Shown here piece after piece: positions 63,901-64,000 of a stretch of DNA of 64,000 bases. The DNA lies in contig JBHGNT010000006.1 of NCBI GenBank assembly GCA_043228905.1, positions 18,228,001 to 18,292,000 on the forward strand, read 5' to 3'. This stretch comes from Azolla caroliniana. Lineage: Eukaryota > Plantae > Polypodiophyta. Positions within the stretch are counted from its first letter, which is position 1, and the number at the start of each line of letters is the position of its first letter. The notes beneath the pieces were generated by a model, which saw only the letters and a list, made by a program, of their open reading frames with translations, did not search any database and had not been told where the DNA came from. The position numbers and the translations under genes are program-made.

Positions 63901-64000
63901 AAGTTCGACTCCTTCATGACAGACGAAGGGTACCACAAAACGCAGACCGATCACTGCGTGTTTGTGAAGAAGTTCGAAGGAGGAGACTTTCTAATACTCC
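60910..64000 (+). CDS. Copia Gag-Pol polyprotein, 3'-partial; missing from the supplied ORF track, presumably because it has no stop in the window
   Basis: MEGGSSGQPGMMVLNAENYADWKIKM...; CFHCGKPGHFRKNC knuckle; WVVDSGASFH; LELVHTDVC...FIDD; NGLAERMNRT; QMDVKTAFLHG; LYGLKQAPRQWY. Same frame at every point checked. Confidence 0.93.
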   Translation, partial: MEGGSSGQPGMMVLNAENYADWKIKMEDLLIVRDLYEPIDRSEIPKGVLETEWRLLNRKAVATIRQYVDVSVLQHVANDTNAYEMWRKLSGLYERKNALNRTSLMRKIVNLKYRDGESMVEHVSTFMGFVNQLAAIKFPLEDAMQAIILMCTLPESWENLVVTLSTSCTEDNLSLQTVKTSILNEEARRRDKEPASDSKALLTESDRGRQWNRSPQRREKSGTRSQSRGRPTCFHCGKPGHFRKNCRHYRKDNGADDIDTKKSPERNGAYRGATDRRGPDRRGQDRKGTTALAASEEEIMLITEERELNLAGEEMTWVVDSGASFHLTPEKKYFSSYTAGEHGCVQMGNEGTCRIAGIGDVWLMTSTGCKMLLKDVRHVPEVRLNLISAGRLDDEGYTGSIRNGVMKFSKGSLIVARARKVNTLYLMNARLCPEELNVAADTAGELWHKRLCHMSEKGMKRLAEDNLIPVKHVHLEKCTDCLAGKQNRASFHSRPPTRRSAPLELVHTDVCQVETKSHGGAQYFVTFIDDHSRKLWTAPLKTKDQVLSVFKELHARVERESGKKLKAIRADNRGEYRGQFAEYCCSKGIRLEFTVPKTPELNGLAERMNRTIMERVRSMLAHAKLPKGFWAEAMSTATYVINRSPSVPLDGDTPQRVWTGKEVSYRHLKVFGCLVYVHVAKDRRGKLDPKTRPCIFLGYGNDEFGYRVWDPVDKKIFKSRDIIFMEDKTFADWESEKKMKSSKSTGENQLYEEQSRPARDRLTLEDPAEDGEETEPAEEDENDTGIGPDPEMDSYEEETEEPVTEAPERRYPLRERRAPRRFPEPEHVLLTDEGEPENFEEAELDTHSRRWLSAMQEEMDSLHENHTYELVELPKGKRALRNKWVFKLKPGDAGNPPRYKARIVVKGFQQKKGVDFDEIFAPVVKMTSIRTVLSIAASMDLEVEQMDVKTAFLHGDLEEEIYMQQPEGFEKKGKEHLVCRLKKSLYGLKQAPRQWYRKFDSFMTDEGYHKTQTDHCVFVKKFEGGDFLIL

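Larger units (their letters stand above)
60181..64000 (+). mobile_element. Apparently intact Ty1/copia retrotransposon (copia B), running off the window end
   Basis: 5' LTR 60181-60878 (TG...CA), homologous to the copia A LTR; PBS TGGTATCAGAGC 60882-60893; continuous polyprotein frame. Confidence 0.96.

Overview
Eukaryotic, repeat-rich plant DNA. The Tcn1-type chromovirus, RTE/RTEX-like LINEs and TE-filled introns suggest a non-seed vascular plant such as a fern (inference). There is one host gene: a 23-coding-exon WD40/bromodomain gene of the BRWD/PHIP family (+, 23686-39500, about 1804 aa by my manual exon model) with one GC-AG intron and a 7.2-kb intron stacked with LINEs. The rest is nested retroelements: an intact chromovirus pol with its 3' LTR, five Ty1/copia copies plus a short gag start (one apparently intact, two lacking RT/RNaseH), RTE/RTEX-like and L1-like LINE remnants, and two non-autonomous LTR elements. 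Most unusual signals: (1) a non-coding LTR element (3731-6582) with tRNA-Arg-complementary sites at BOTH inner LTR boundaries on opposite strands, one standing where a polypurine tract should be; (2) a very young gag-only LTR element (53083-56593) with apparently identical 640-bp LTRs, a tRNA-Trp PBS and a 4-bp TSD; (3) tRNA-like Pol III A/B boxes in the U3 of two unrelated LTRs; (4) a canonical PIP-box motif in the C-terminal tail of the LINE protein; (5) a gag swap and strong CCGG enrichment in a copia family. All coordinates and comparisons were read by eye. tRNA sequences and family assignments are from memory; no database search was run.
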